Origin: Acidobacteriota bacterium
GTDB lineage: Bacteria > Acidobacteriota > UBA6911 > JACQSX01
DNA: 48,736 nucleotides
Direction of reading: 5' to 3'
Assembly: GCA_036507075.1 (NCBI GenBank)
Contig: DASXQR010000216.1
Location: 1-48,736 of the forward strand
Shown: positions 1-11,349 of the stretch, piece by piece
Position numbering within the stretch: the first letter of the stretch is position 1
Layout: every line of letters starts with the position of its first letter
Notes under the pieces: model-generated
Told to the model about the DNA's origin: nothing
Seen by the model: the letters and a program-made list of their open reading frames with translations, nothing else
Databases searched by the model: none
Made by a program: the position numbers and the translations under genes

Positions 1-148
1 TCTGATCGGAATGATCTACTGGGGAGCTTTTGGTGTGTTCGAGGTCATGGGCGGCAGCGGCCTGCTGGCTCCCCTGCTGGCCGCCTGGGCCCCCAATCTG
101 CTGTTTGGAATCGGGGGCTTGTATCTGTTGTTTACGATTTCGACGTAG
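1..148 (+). CDS. LptF/LptG family LPS export permease, 3' end (partial)
   Basis: Frame 2 reads LIGMIYWGAFGVFEVMGGSGLLAPLLAAWAPNLLFGIGGLYLLFTIST*, with TAG at 146-148. The G-x-L-x-P-x-x-AAW-x-PN motif is typical of the LptF/G C-terminus. Confidence 0.75.
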   Translation, partial: LIGMIYWGAFGVFEVMGGSGLLAPLLAAWAPNLLFGIGGLYLLFTIST

Positions 149-178
149 TTTTTGTGCCCTTTATGTTTTTGTGGTCAA
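149..178. repeat. Single degenerate CACAAAG-family (D) arm
   Basis: tttttgtgccctttatgtttttgtggtcaa directly after the stop codon; matches the arms at 27243 and 33831. Confidence 0.6.
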
Positions 179-185
179 CAATCTA

Positions 186-291
186 AATGCGGATTTCGGA
201 ATGCGGAATGCGGAATAATGCTCAGGCTAAGTCATCGAAGCTAAACCGGATTAGTTCGCTATTCCGCATTCCGCATTCCGAAATCCGCATT
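186..291. repeat. GGAATGC-heptamer inverted-repeat element (family A)
   Basis: Perfect 32-bp inverted repeat aatgcggatttcggaatgcggaatgcggaata (186-217 / 260-291) with a 42-nt spacer. Confidence 0.95.
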
Positions 292-305
292 AGTTCCACT
301 TTCTG

Positions 306-2162
306 CTATCGAAACAATTGATAATAATCTTCTTTCAGCTTCTGCTTATACCCCTCAAACTGCTTCTTCACGCCGAAGAAATTAAAAATCTCTACTTCTT
401 TCCTGCGAACGGCCACCGACCAGGGAAGAATCCCCCATCCGGTGCTGTAAAAGCCGGCATGGCTTTCAAAATCCAGGATTCTTATCGGATTTGACAGATA
501 CACGAACTCGCGGCGCAGCAGATCGAGATGAGCGTCATCGTCATATCCGGTCAAGTAGGGCATCGCCAGATACGGTTTGACGATGATGTCTCCGCGGCCA
601 GGGCGCTGGTCTTCGCGCGAGAGCGTCTTTGCTCCCTGTCTTTCCATGTAGTAGCGAAATCCCCATTCACCAGCGGTCCACACGCGCTGCACCGGGTAAC
701 TTTCAAATGCAAGATCGGCAATCTCGGGATAAATCGACGCAAACTGATAATCGGCATGGGCGATGAGGGCCGCATGCAGCCAGGTCGCGGCCACGCAATA
801 CTTAATCCGCTGCCGGGTCCAGCCTTCTCCGCGCAGGAGCAAAAGGACAACGGGGACCAGCAGCGGCAAAACGTAACGAACCGACCCGTGGTAATAAATG
901 AGCGGCAAAGAAATCAGAAAGCCGAGCAGCCAAAGGTGGAGAGTTGGATCGAGCGGTTTTTCAAATCCCTTCCACAACGCGAGTATCCCGGAGGCCAGGA
1001 ATGCGCCAAAGAGAATGCAGTGCAACCAGTGCCAATGCGCCAGCGCGGCGATCATAACGGCGCCCGGCGTTGCGATGGCAAGCCACACAGCTTTGAGTTT
1101 CCATGTTCGAAGTGAGAACAGCACCAGCACCAGCGCCAGCCCGCCGAGGTTGAGAACACCGCTGAGTGTCTTCTGGCCGAACAGCCACCATTTCGAGTGC
1201 CCTTCCCTGGTGAGAAACTGCACCGTCGCGGTCAGAATAAAACGGCGATAGTGAACCGACTGCAGCAGCAACCAACCCGCCACCGTGGCCAGGGGCATCA
1301 GTATCACCGGCCACAGTCTCCATATTGAAGCGCGTCTGCGCCACTGCACCACCAGCAGCAACGGGACCGCGGCCAGGGCGACGTAGTTTGCCATGGCCGC
1401 CAAGGTAAGCGACAGGGCCGCAAACCATCGCAGGTCAACACCCCGATTCTCGCCGAAAAGATAAAGAGCAATTCCGAAAGTAAGCAGCGCAAGAAAAGGC
1501 ACGTCGGTCATCACCGACTGGGAGAGCACGTACACAGCCGGGTTCCACACGCTCAGAAGAGCCGCCGCAATGGGAAAGCGGATACGATCGAGCGCCAGCA
1601 GATAAACTCCTGCGGCCAGGAACAACGGGAAGATCAGAAAAACCGAATGCGCCAGAGGCTCCTTCTCTCCCCCTCCGATAGCCCGCAGTCCGGCCAGAAT
1701 GTAAGAGATCAGCGGCGGGTGCGAATGGGACGCCGCATCGGGCCCTCCCTTGCCTTCCTGCATGGGCGCATAGTCCTGCGGGTAGAGCGGGGTCTTTGCC
1801 GCCTGTCTTGAAATTTCCCAGTATATTCTGTCGTCAATGTGAAAAGGCCGCCAGAGGAACGGCACGTGGCTGCAGATTACCAGCAGGCTCAAAATTCCGA
1901 GGTCACGCGCGATGCAGGCTGGATTTCGGAATGCGGAATGGGGAATGCGGAATTGGGAATGCGAATCAGCCGAACCGCGCGCGTAAGCAAGCGGACCCTC
2001 CAGAGTAAGTTCGCGCAGGCGCGGTCTGATATGGGTGCCCTCATGGTTTGGCGCCAACCCGCATTCCGAATCGGGTGGCCATATTAGCCCGCTCCTGCGC
2101 GCGAACTTTCTCCGGAGGGTCCGCTTGCTTACCCGCGCGGTTCGGCTGATTCCGAACATCAT
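306..2162 (-). CDS. GT-C fold (ArnT/PMT-like) polytopic membrane glycosyltransferase; start uncertain
   Basis: DD-x-x-Y after the first TM segment (PFHIDDRIYW), HPPL motif, many TM segments and a soluble C-terminal domain. The first ~80 codons are repeat-derived. Confidence 0.75.
   Translation of the reverse strand: MMFGISRTARVSKRTLRRKFARRSGLIWPPDSECGLAPNHEGTHIRPRLRELTLEGPLAYARGSADSHSQFRIPHSAFRNPACIARDLGILSLLVICSHVPFLWRPFHIDDRIYWEISRQAAKTPLYPQDYAPMQEGKGGPDAASHSHPPLISYILAGLRAIGGGEKEPLAHSVFLIFPLFLAAGVYLLALDRIRFPIAAALLSVWNPAVYVLSQSVMTDVPFLALLTFGIALYLFGENRGVDLRWFAALSLTLAAMANYVALAAVPLLLVVQWRRRASIWRLWPVILMPLATVAGWLLLQSVHYRRFILTATVQFLTREGHSKWWLFGQKTLSGVLNLGGLALVLVLFSLRTWKLKAVWLAIATPGAVMIAALAHWHWLHCILFGAFLASGILALWKGFEKPLDPTLHLWLLGFLISLPLIYYHGSVRYVLPLLVPVVLLLLRGEGWTRQRIKYCVAATWLHAALIAHADYQFASIYPEIADLAFESYPVQRVWTAGEWGFRYYMERQGAKTLSREDQRPGRGDIIVKPYLAMPYLTGYDDDAHLDLLRREFVYLSNPIRILDFESHAGFYSTGWGILPWSVAVRRKEVEIFNFFGVKKQFEGYKQKLKEDYYQLFR
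1921..2152. repeat. Composite: family A arm (1921-1962) plus long REP-like inverted repeat (1963-2034 / 2079-2152)
   Basis: gaatcagccgaaccgcgcgcgtaagcaagcggaccctcc... pairs with ...ggagggtccgcttgcttacccgcgcggttcggctgattc over about 72 bp. Confidence 0.9.
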
Positions 2163-2195
2163 GCGCCTTCGCGGTGAATGGCGCTGTGGCGAATC

Positions 2196-3791
2196 TTAGC
2201 CCCGTTTCACCTTGGACAGCTCCGCCTGGTGCATGGTCTGCAGATACAACCGCTCCAGTCTCTGGATCAGAGGAACTTCGGGCATGAAATCGAAGAACTT
2301 CGTTTTGAGGCGAAACTTCAACACTTTGAAATACAGGTCGTAAATCGCCATCATCGCGCCCTTCCAGCGGTTGTTGCAGAAGCGCTCAAAAGCCTTGCGC
2401 TCAAAAAACTTTGACATCACGTTCAGCTTGGTCAAAAAAGTACGCTGATCGTCATCCAGGAAATTGTTGTTATTCATTCCGAAATGAAAATTGCTCCATT
2501 CCTCCAAGGTCTCAGGCGCAGTGAAGCCGAACTGGTTTACGGCCTTGTAATAGAGATCCGTCCCCGGATACGGAGTGAAGATAGCGATGGGCGCGACCCC
2601 CGCGTGCGGGTTTTCGCCCAGCAGCTTGAATATAAAGTCCACCGTTTCCAGAGTCTCCTCACGGTCCTCTCCCGGAAAGCCCGACATGAAACCGTACTTT
2701 GAGTAAATCTCGGAACGGGCCAGCTTGCGGTTGGCCGACAGCACCTGCTCAAGCGTGTTCTGCTTCATGATCTCCTGCATGCGCTTGGCCGATCCGGTCT
2801 CAATTCCGATCCACAGCTCGCGGAAGCCTGCCTGCTTCATTTTGGCCATCAACGATTCGTCTGCCCGATCGAGAAAATCAATGCGGCACGGAGCCTGAAT
2901 CAACAAATTGATCCCCCGCTCGATCAGCAGGTCGCAGATTTCTTCCACGCGCCGTTTGCTGCCGAAAAAGTAGTCGTCTTCGATGAATATCGCCTCCACG
3001 CCAAACCGGTTGATCAGCGTCTCAATTTCCTGGACCACACGGCCGGCGCTCTGGAAGCGGTACTTGCGCTCATTGAATTCCAGGTTGTAGCAGAACTCGC
3101 AGTTATACGGGCAGCCGCGGCTGGTGACCATCTGAAGCTGCCGCTGTCCGGTGGTGGGAGCACTGGTGAAATAAGGAGTCATGTCCAGCAGGTCGTAATT
3201 GGGCGAAGCAATGCTGTCGAGCGGCTTGATCATGGGACGGGGAGCCGTAAAGCGAAGCTTTCCCTGCTGCTTGTAGCCGATCCCGGCAACCGCGTCCAGG
3301 TCCCCGCCGCCCTCAAGACACCGGGCCAATGCGACGATTGTCTCTTCTCCCTCTCCCTTGACCACAATGTCGCAGTTGGGATCGCGCAGTGTGGATTCCG
3401 GGCAAAGCGAAGGATGCACGCCTCCCCACACAATGGGGATATGCGGGCTGAACTCACGCGTTACGCGCGCTGCCAGCAGGCCGCCGCGGATCTGGGTTCC
3501 CGTCATGCTGGAGATTCCCACCATCAGCGTGTCACCATTGATGGCGCGTTGCAGCTCGGTTTCAAAGCGGTTGGTGATGCGTTGATCCACGATGCGAACT
3601 TCAAACCCGTGCTGATCCAGCACGGTCCCCAGGTAAAGGGTCGCCAGCGGCAGCCCGACATTCACGCCGAAAAGATCCATGCCCGTGGTCGGGTAAACCA
3701 AAACGATGTTCTTCCTGGAAGTTCGGCCGCAGGCGGCCGCTCCCGCACCCTGTTCTGTCGTCTTTTTGGTCACAGCTATCGCATCAGCCAT
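2196..3791 (-). CDS. Cobalamin-binding radical SAM protein (class B methyltransferase-like)
   Basis: B12-binding domain (VGISSMT, WGGVHPS, VVKGEGEET) and SRGCPYNCEFC. The likely ATG at 3791 (MADAIA) overlaps the upstream gene's end. Confidence 0.9.
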   Translation of the reverse strand: MADAIAVTKKTTEQGAGAAACGRTSRKNIVLVYPTTGMDLFGVNVGLPLATLYLGTVLDQHGFEVRIVDQRITNRFETELQRAINGDTLMVGISSMTGTQIRGGLLAARVTREFSPHIPIVWGGVHPSLCPESTLRDPNCDIVVKGEGEETIVALARCLEGGGDLDAVAGIGYKQQGKLRFTAPRPMIKPLDSIASPNYDLLDMTPYFTSAPTTGQRQLQMVTSRGCPYNCEFCYNLEFNERKYRFQSAGRVVQEIETLINRFGVEAIFIEDDYFFGSKRRVEEICDLLIERGINLLIQAPCRIDFLDRADESLMAKMKQAGFRELWIGIETGSAKRMQEIMKQNTLEQVLSANRKLARSEIYSKYGFMSGFPGEDREETLETVDFIFKLLGENPHAGVAPIAIFTPYPGTDLYYKAVNQFGFTAPETLEEWSNFHFGMNNNNFLDDDQRTFLTKLNVMSKFFERKAFERFCNNRWKGAMMAIYDLYFKVLKFRLKTKFFDFMPEVPLIQRLERLYLQTMHQAELSKVKRG

Positions 3792-4729
3792 CGCTTGTAC
3801 ATGTTCTCCAGATGATAAGTGACGCGCGGGAAATTCTGCTGCATATAGGGATGATATCGAATCGCTTTCTGCGCCCATGCCGGCTGATTGATGAAATCGC
3901 ATTTGGAGCAAAGAGGCAATTCCTGAAACTGCTTTTCGTACATCAAGGATCGCAGGCGCTGAAACTCTGGACTCTTCCAGATCTGGACCAGCGGGGTTAC
4001 GTTGGCATCGCCGATGGTGTGCTCGCCCTCGGAATCAAAACAGCAGAGAGCGATTCTTCCGTCCGCCAGGATGGTCATGTAGTGAAACAGGCGCTCGCAA
4101 AAATTCTGTTTCCCTGAATAGTCCGTACTCTTGGGAATTTGCCCGGCCCAATTGAACCAGAGCGAAAAACGCACCGCGTCGGCTTCCCTCCAGGCGTCCT
4201 GGAGCTCCGCGCGGGTGTGCTTGTTCTGCGGCGTGGTTACCATGGCGATGCTCACCTGCGGCCGGGTCTTTTTCAGCTCTTTGCGGCGCTTGATGAAATG
4301 CAGCACGTTGCCCCGCACCTGATCATAGCTGAGGCCAAGGCGGATTTTCTCGAAGGTTTCCTTGTTTCCGCCGTCGATGCTTACAATCATGGAATCAAGC
4401 AGATCATCGGCCAGGATCTTTTCCGTTATTTCGGGCGACAGCTTCGATCCGTTGGTAGTCACATTCAAGTGCGACGCGGGCGATACCTTTCGCACATACG
4501 CAAAGTAATCCAGAACTTCAGGCACCAGAAAGCTTTCTCCATGCAGGAACGGCAGAATTCGCCTGGCCCGATGCTCCGCGCATTGATCCACGATCTTCTT
4601 GAAAAGATCGAAAGACATCACCTTGCGCGGGCGCTGCATCTGCGGCGTGGCGCAGGTGGTACAACGCGCGTTGCAGGCGTTGGTCAGTTCAATGTAGATC
4701 TGATCCGGAAAATCAGGGACGGGATACAT
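3776..4729 (-). CDS. Radical SAM protein with Twitch/SPASM domain
   Basis: ELTNACNARCTTC, TTNG, and C-terminal CERL...LCCFD...IGDAN...CSKC. Confidence 0.9.
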   Translation of the reverse strand: MYPVPDFPDQIYIELTNACNARCTTCATPQMQRPRKVMSFDLFKKIVDQCAEHRARRILPFLHGESFLVPEVLDYFAYVRKVSPASHLNVTTNGSKLSPEITEKILADDLLDSMIVSIDGGNKETFEKIRLGLSYDQVRGNVLHFIKRRKELKKTRPQVSIAMVTTPQNKHTRAELQDAWREADAVRFSLWFNWAGQIPKSTDYSGKQNFCERLFHYMTILADGRIALCCFDSEGEHTIGDANVTPLVQIWKSPEFQRLRSLMYEKQFQELPLCSKCDFINQPAWAQKAIRYHPYMQQNFPRVTYHLENMYKRWLMR

Positions 4730-4737
4730 GCCGGGCC

Positions 4738-6165
4738 TCAGTTCACCCTCGAATGAGCGTCGCCGCCGTAGGAGAGGAAATTTCTCTCAATGGCCTTCAA
4801 ATACTTCTTGGCGTACGCCAGATTGGTCAGCTTCGGCAGATTTCGAATAAAGCGCCCCTTACTGAGAAAAAAGGAGAGATAGGCTCGCTTCTGCAGCTTC
4901 TTCAGCGTGAAATAATCGAAGTGCTCGCTCTTGATAGTCACCACCCTGCTGCCGTGCTGCGAGACTTCATCGGGGTCGTACAGACCCTGCTCGTAGACCA
5001 TCTTGTGGATTTCCGTTCCTGCGTAGGGGATCACAATGCTGAAGAGGGCCTCGTCGAGCTCCGTTTTGCAGGCGAAATTGATCGTCTCCTTGATTTCGGC
5101 CACGGTTTCGGTGGGAAAGCCGATCATGAAAAATCCGAGCGTTCCGATGCCGTGCTTTCGCGTCCAACTGAACACTTCACGCGTCTTGTTCAGATGAAGA
5201 TTCTTCTTGATCAGTTTCTGGATTCTGGGGCTGGCTGACTCGATTGCCACCGCGATGTGATGCGTTCCAGCCTGGGCGAGTTTTTGCACCAGTTCCTCGT
5301 CAAAGCATTCCAGTCGCAGGCCGTTTCCGAACTGCAGATAAATCTTGCCGTGCATCTCGCCCGCGACAATCATGTCGCAGATTTTCTTGGCTCGAGGAAT
5401 GTCCAGGTTGAAGATGTCATCCTCGACCATGAATTCGCGGGCGCCGTACTGCCGGTAGAGCATTACCATCTCGCCGTAAACGTTCTCGGCCGAGCGGCCG
5501 CGGAATTTCTTGCCAAACAGATCGTGGCAGTAAGTGCAGCGCCAGGGGCAGCCCCGGCTGGTGAAAATCTGAATGGCGCGCTTGCTTCTGGGAGCGTAGC
5601 GGGCGGACTCCATCTGGAAATACCGCTCGATTTCCAGCAAATGGTAGGCCGGCCACGGCAGCGCTTCAATGTCGACGGAGCGCGAACGGGGAGGAGTGCG
5701 GAACGGAATTCCGTTTCGATTAAAAAGAATTCCTTCCACCCGTGTTAGATCCCCGCCTTTGTCAAGCGTATCGGCCAGCTCCAGCAGCGTATCTTCCCCC
5801 TCCCCGATGACCACGAAATCGCAGACCCCGCTGGCAATGACGTTATCGGATTCAATGGTGGGGTGCTGTCCACCGAAGACAATTTTCAGACCCGGATCGA
5901 TTTCTTTGATGCGGGCAGCTGCCTGGCGCGCCCCCTCGTATTCGACCGTCATGCAGGTCAAACCCGCCAGGTCGTACTTTTTGCGCCGCAGCACTTCTCT
6001 AAGCCTGTCGTAGGAAGACGGCACGTCCTTTTCCAGCGCCAGATCCAGAATGTCGACCTCATGACCGGCTTTTTCCGCCACTGCCCCGCAGTAGGCAAGG
6101 CCAATGGGAATCCCGAGGATCATGTCCATGAACGTCGGCTTGGCGCGGACGAAAAGAATCTTCAT
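4738..6165 (-). CDS. Cobalamin-binding radical SAM protein (class B methyltransferase-like)
   Basis: PIGLAY, FGGQHPT, VIGEGEDT, TSRGCPWRCTYC, FMIGFPTET. Confidence 0.92.
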   Translation of the reverse strand: MKILFVRAKPTFMDMILGIPIGLAYCGAVAEKAGHEVDILDLALEKDVPSSYDRLREVLRRKKYDLAGLTCMTVEYEGARQAAARIKEIDPGLKIVFGGQHPTIESDNVIASGVCDFVVIGEGEDTLLELADTLDKGGDLTRVEGILFNRNGIPFRTPPRSRSVDIEALPWPAYHLLEIERYFQMESARYAPRSKRAIQIFTSRGCPWRCTYCHDLFGKKFRGRSAENVYGEMVMLYRQYGAREFMVEDDIFNLDIPRAKKICDMIVAGEMHGKIYLQFGNGLRLECFDEELVQKLAQAGTHHIAVAIESASPRIQKLIKKNLHLNKTREVFSWTRKHGIGTLGFFMIGFPTETVAEIKETINFACKTELDEALFSIVIPYAGTEIHKMVYEQGLYDPDEVSQHGSRVVTIKSEHFDYFTLKKLQKRAYLSFFLSKGRFIRNLPKLTNLAYAKKYLKAIERNFLSYGGDAHSRVN

Positions 6166-7211
6166 GCGGTTTCCTCTAAACGGTTCGTCCTCTTGTCTTC
6201 GAATATGGGCAGTTTGTTAAACAAGGACCATTTCTCGAACCGGGGAACCCACTTTTTCACCCGCGCGCTGTTGACCAGAAAACTTCCAATAATAAGAGGC
6301 AACCGGGGATTGGGCGCCAGGCATCGCTGGCAATCGGGAAAATCCTTCAGATCGCCGCTCAGGTGCGCCCGCCGCCATCGCTGCATGGCTTCACTGTTCC
6401 AAATTTCTTCTACGCTTTCGCGGTTGATGTTCCCCAGCGGCGGCGTCCTCCAGGTGTGACAGCAGGGAAACATATTGCCGTCGACCGTGACCGCGGGCGG
6501 GCCTTGCCACAACAGGTGGCAGGGATTCCTGCGCAGTCTGGGCCGGTTCTCCTGGCCGGGGACCGACATTTCGGGGAACCCGATTTCTTCTTCCTTGATG
6601 CGGATTTCATCCACGCCGGGAATGCGCCACATTCTTTGGTAATCCTTCACCTGGTGGTAGTTTTCCTTCATCCGGACCAGTTGCATGATGGTGAACACAT
6701 TTGCGTTCCGTCGCAGCTTGATCTCAAGAAAGTTGAGGATGTTCTTTCTCACCTTGTGAAAATCTGCGCCCTTCCGGTACTTCTCGTAGACTTCCGGCGT
6801 GGTACCGTCAAAGGCGATGATCAGAATATCCAGTCCCGAGTCGATAATCTGATTGGACCTCTCGTCATTCAGCAGAGTCGCGTTTGTGGAAACAATCGAA
6901 TGCATCCCTTTTGATTTGGCGTACCGGATCATTTCGTAAAGATCGGAGCTGAGCAGCGGCTCTCCGGCTCCCCAGGGCACAACCAGTTCCGTCTTTCCCG
7001 CCAGCCGATCGACCGTTCGCTTGAAAAGATCGAGATCCAGATCCTGCGGTGGCAGATACCCGAGTTCGCGGGGACACATCGGACAATACAGGTTGCACTT
7101 GGAAGTATTCTCGATAATTAAGTTGATAGGGGCGGCTTTCCCGACATCGGACTGTCTTAGCAGGTATGTCTTGAGCAAGTGCAAGCGGTTGCGCAGGTGA
7201 CTCCAAGCCAT
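6162..7211 (-). CDS. Radical SAM protein with Twitch/SPASM domain
   Basis: ENTSKCNLYCPMC, GAGEPLL, STNA, and C-terminal PC...DGNMFPCC...LGNI...CQRC. ATGA overlap with the next gene. Confidence 0.9.
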   Translation of the reverse strand: MAWSHLRNRLHLLKTYLLRQSDVGKAAPINLIIENTSKCNLYCPMCPRELGYLPPQDLDLDLFKRTVDRLAGKTELVVPWGAGEPLLSSDLYEMIRYAKSKGMHSIVSTNATLLNDERSNQIIDSGLDILIIAFDGTTPEVYEKYRKGADFHKVRKNILNFLEIKLRRNANVFTIMQLVRMKENYHQVKDYQRMWRIPGVDEIRIKEEEIGFPEMSVPGQENRPRLRRNPCHLLWQGPPAVTVDGNMFPCCHTWRTPPLGNINRESVEEIWNSEAMQRWRRAHLSGDLKDFPDCQRCLAPNPRLPLIIGSFLVNSARVKKWVPRFEKWSLFNKLPIFEDKRTNRLEETA

Positions 7212-7278
7212 AGGGAAAATCGCGCTAAGTTGAAGAAAACAATATGAAATTCAGGGATACCGTAGCACACTACGCAAC

Positions 7279-7986
7279 TTAGTGTACAGAGTAATCGTCC
7301 GGCCTTCGACGCCGGGAGTAGACCTCGAATTTCTGACGCAACCGCCTCATCCGCCACTTCAGATAGCGCTGGCGTAAAGACAAAGGCGACATCCAGCCCT
7401 TCAAGTAAAGAAAGCCGATCACCATTCCTCCCAGGTGGGCCATGTGCGCGATCGGACTGCCGGGAGAGGCCAATGCCGACAGAAAAGACCAAATTCCCAG
7501 GCCTGCGACAACGTATTTGGCCTTTACCGGGAGGACAAAATAAAGCAGCAGGGTTTCATTTGGAAAGGTGATCCCGTAGGCCAGCAGAACCCCATAGATG
7601 GCGCCCGATGCGCCAATGGTGGGTCCGGTAGCGCCGGGCTCGACCAGGACGGACAGAAGCCCCGCTCCGATTCCCGTAATGAAGAAATAGCGCGCAAAGA
7701 ACGGGGTTCCCCAGCGGCGCTCCATCGGCGAACCAAACATCCAGAGGCCAAACATGTTGACGATCAAATGCATCAGGCCGCCGTGCAGGAAAATATAGGT
7801 CGCCAACTGCCAAACGAAAAAATTATGCGTGACCAGGTAAGGAACCAGTCCGAAGATGGGCAGCATGGCGCCCGCGGTCAAAAACTGCAGGATGAAGGCG
7901 GCCACGCAACTGATGATCAGGAATTTAACCGCCGGAGTGGCCACCGGCCCGATCGAAAACTGAGTTCCACCAGGGTAACGGGACAT
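7279..7986 (-). CDS. Rhomboid family intramembrane serine protease
   Basis: WQLATYIFLH, HLIVNM, catalytic GASG and AHMAHLGG. Confidence 0.93.
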   Translation of the reverse strand: MSRYPGGTQFSIGPVATPAVKFLIISCVAAFILQFLTAGAMLPIFGLVPYLVTHNFFVWQLATYIFLHGGLMHLIVNMFGLWMFGSPMERRWGTPFFARYFFITGIGAGLLSVLVEPGATGPTIGASGAIYGVLLAYGITFPNETLLLYFVLPVKAKYVVAGLGIWSFLSALASPGSPIAHMAHLGGMVIGFLYLKGWMSPLSLRQRYLKWRMRRLRQKFEVYSRRRRPDDYSVH

Positions 7987-8077
7987 GGTCCTTAGATTGT
8001 ATCAGGGGGCGTTCCGGGTTGACAGAGTTGGCGAATCTGGCGCTTTGCAGCGCACTGAAGATTGGACACTTAAAGAT

Positions 8078-8336
8078 AACCTGCAAAGCGGGTGAAAAGA
8101 ATTGTAGCCGGGGCGCGTAAGCCCCCGGAAAGTCGGATTCAGTTATCGCAAGCCGCGTAGCGGCGCCAGAATGCGGGCGGCCCATGATCTTTTACATCGC
8201 AAATAATCCATTCAAGACAGCAGTATCTGATCCGACTCAAAGCTCTGTCGCCGCTTCGCGGCTTCTGTCATCGTAATCTCACTATCCGGGGGCTTACGCG
8301 CCCCGGCTACAATTCTTCGCGCCCGCTTTGCGGGCT
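8078..8336. repeat. REP/BIME-like long inverted-repeat element
   Basis: Perfect 33-bp inverted repeat aagaattgtagccggggcgcgtaagcccccgga (8097-8129 / 8285-8317), plus an inner pair (8150-8170 / 8244-8264) and outer paired palindromes. Confidence 0.9.
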
Positions 8337-8429
8337 GTAGGCACGTTGTCGCATTCGTGTGACGTGAACGGCATCGTAGTCGGCGGTTGAGAATCGATCC
8401 CGGGCCGGTAACCAGCAACTTTTCCGGAT

Positions 8430-9845
<1,416 letters not shown>

Positions 9846-9858
9846 AAAGGTTTTGATT

Positions 9859-11037
9859 TTAGGATGCGGCGACCTTCAGGTTGTCTTTTACGCCGAACGC
9901 GCTCTGCAAGGCGGCTGTTTTATCGAGCGCTTCCCAGGAAAATTCCGGCTCCGTTCGTCCGAAATGTCCAAACGCAGCCGTCATCCTGAAGATCGGCCGG
10001 CGTAAATTCAGGCTTTCGATGATCCCCAGCGGAGTAAGGCGGAAATTCTCCCGCACGATCGACTCCAGCTTCTCCTCACTGACCTGGCCGGTTCCCTTGG
10101 TATCCACCAGGATTGAAACCGGATCCGCCACGCCGATGGCATAGGCAAGCTGTACCTCGCAGCGATCGGCCAAGCCGGCGGCCACGATGTTCTTGGCCAC
10201 ATAGCGAGCCATGTAGCAGGCGGAGCGATCGACCTTGGTGGGATCCTTTCCTGAGAAAGCGCCCCCGCCGTGGCACGCCATCCCGCCGTAGGTGTCGACA
10301 ATGATCTTGCGGCCGGTGACGCCGCAGTCGCCCTGGGGACCGCCCGTGACAAACCGGCCGGTAGGGTTGATGTGTATCTTGGTTCTGGAATCGAGGAAGT
10401 TGGAAGGAAGCGCTTCGCGAATCACTCTGGCTTCCACTTCCCTTCTCAAATCCGCGGTGGAAATATCAGGACTGTGCTGCGTGGAGACAACCACGGTATC
10501 AATTCGAATCGGCTTGTTGCCTTCATACTCGACGCTCACCTGAGATTTCCCGTCAGGACGAAGCCAGGGAAGAATACCCTGGCGGCGGGATTCCGAAAGC
10601 CGGCGTGTCAGCCGGTGCGCCAGCGTGATGGGCAGAGGCATCAACTCGGGCGTATCGTTGCAGGCAAAACCAAACATCAACCCCTGATCACCTGCTCCGC
10701 CCGTGTTCACTCCCATCGCGATGTCGGGAGACTGTTTGTCAATGGAGCAGATAACCGCGCAGGTTGCCGCGTCAAAACCATATTCAGCGCGCGTGTAGCC
10801 GATGTCGCGGATAGTGCCCCGCACCACGGACGCATAGTCGATGGAGGCCTTTGTGGTGATCTCGCCGGCGATGATGGCCAATCCGGTCGTTATCAGCGTT
10901 TCACAGGCAACCCGGCCTGTGGGATCCTCAGCCAGTATGGCGTCCAGGATCGAATCAGAAATCTGATCTGCAATTTTGTCCGGGTGTCCTTCCGTGACCG
11001 ATTCGGATGTAAACAAATGCTTCCGCTGAATCGCCAT
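9859..11037 (-). CDS. metK: S-adenosylmethionine synthase
   Basis: [31 protein letters not shown] at 11037 follows AGGAG. Confidence 0.98.
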   Translation of the reverse strand: MAIQRKHLFTSESVTEGHPDKIADQISDSILDAILAEDPTGRVACETLITTGLAIIAGEITTKASIDYASVVRGTIRDIGYTRAEYGFDAATCAVICSIDKQSPDIAMGVNTGGAGDQGLMFGFACNDTPELMPLPITLAHRLTRRLSESRRQGILPWLRPDGKSQVSVEYEGNKPIRIDTVVVSTQHSPDISTADLRREVEARVIREALPSNFLDSRTKIHINPTGRFVTGGPQGDCGVTGRKIIVDTYGGMACHGGGAFSGKDPTKVDRSACYMARYVAKNIVAAGLADRCEVQLAYAIGVADPVSILVDTKGTGQVSEEKLESIVRENFRLTPLGIIESLNLRRPIFRMTAAFGHFGRTEPEFSWEALDKTAALQSAFGVKDNLKVAAS

Positions 11038-11206
11038 GGTTTTGTCTTTTCTCCTAAATATCTTGTGGCTGTTGCACGAGAACAGGCCGGCTGGGCGAGC
11101 AAAGATACGAACTGCTCCGAGTCCATCCAAAATGGGCAAAGTAGCATAGGCCCTGCATTTTGGTCAATTTAAAACGGCCCCGTCTGTGATCCATCCAGAA
11201 ACCCTC

Positions 11207-11343
11207 TTTGCCACGAAGACACGAAGACACGAAGGACGTGATTTAGTGCGAAGTGACACTTTTCATCAATCTTCATCGTTATTGCCAGAAGTGTCATTTT
11301 TAACAAACATCAGAACTTTGTGTCTTCGTGGCTTCGTGGCAAA
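11207..11343. repeat. CACGAAG-unit inverted-repeat element (family B, ~131 bp)
   Basis: gccacgaagacacgaagacacgaag ... ctttgtgtcttcgtggcttcgtggc; interior homologous to the other B copies. Confidence 0.93.
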
Positions 11344-11349
11344 TTTCGG

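Noticed and set aside
2196..7278. RiPP cluster, or a specific assignment as tetraether/hopanoid enzymes
   Set aside because: No precursor peptide, RRE domain or exporter is visible, and motifs alone cannot assign the subfamily.
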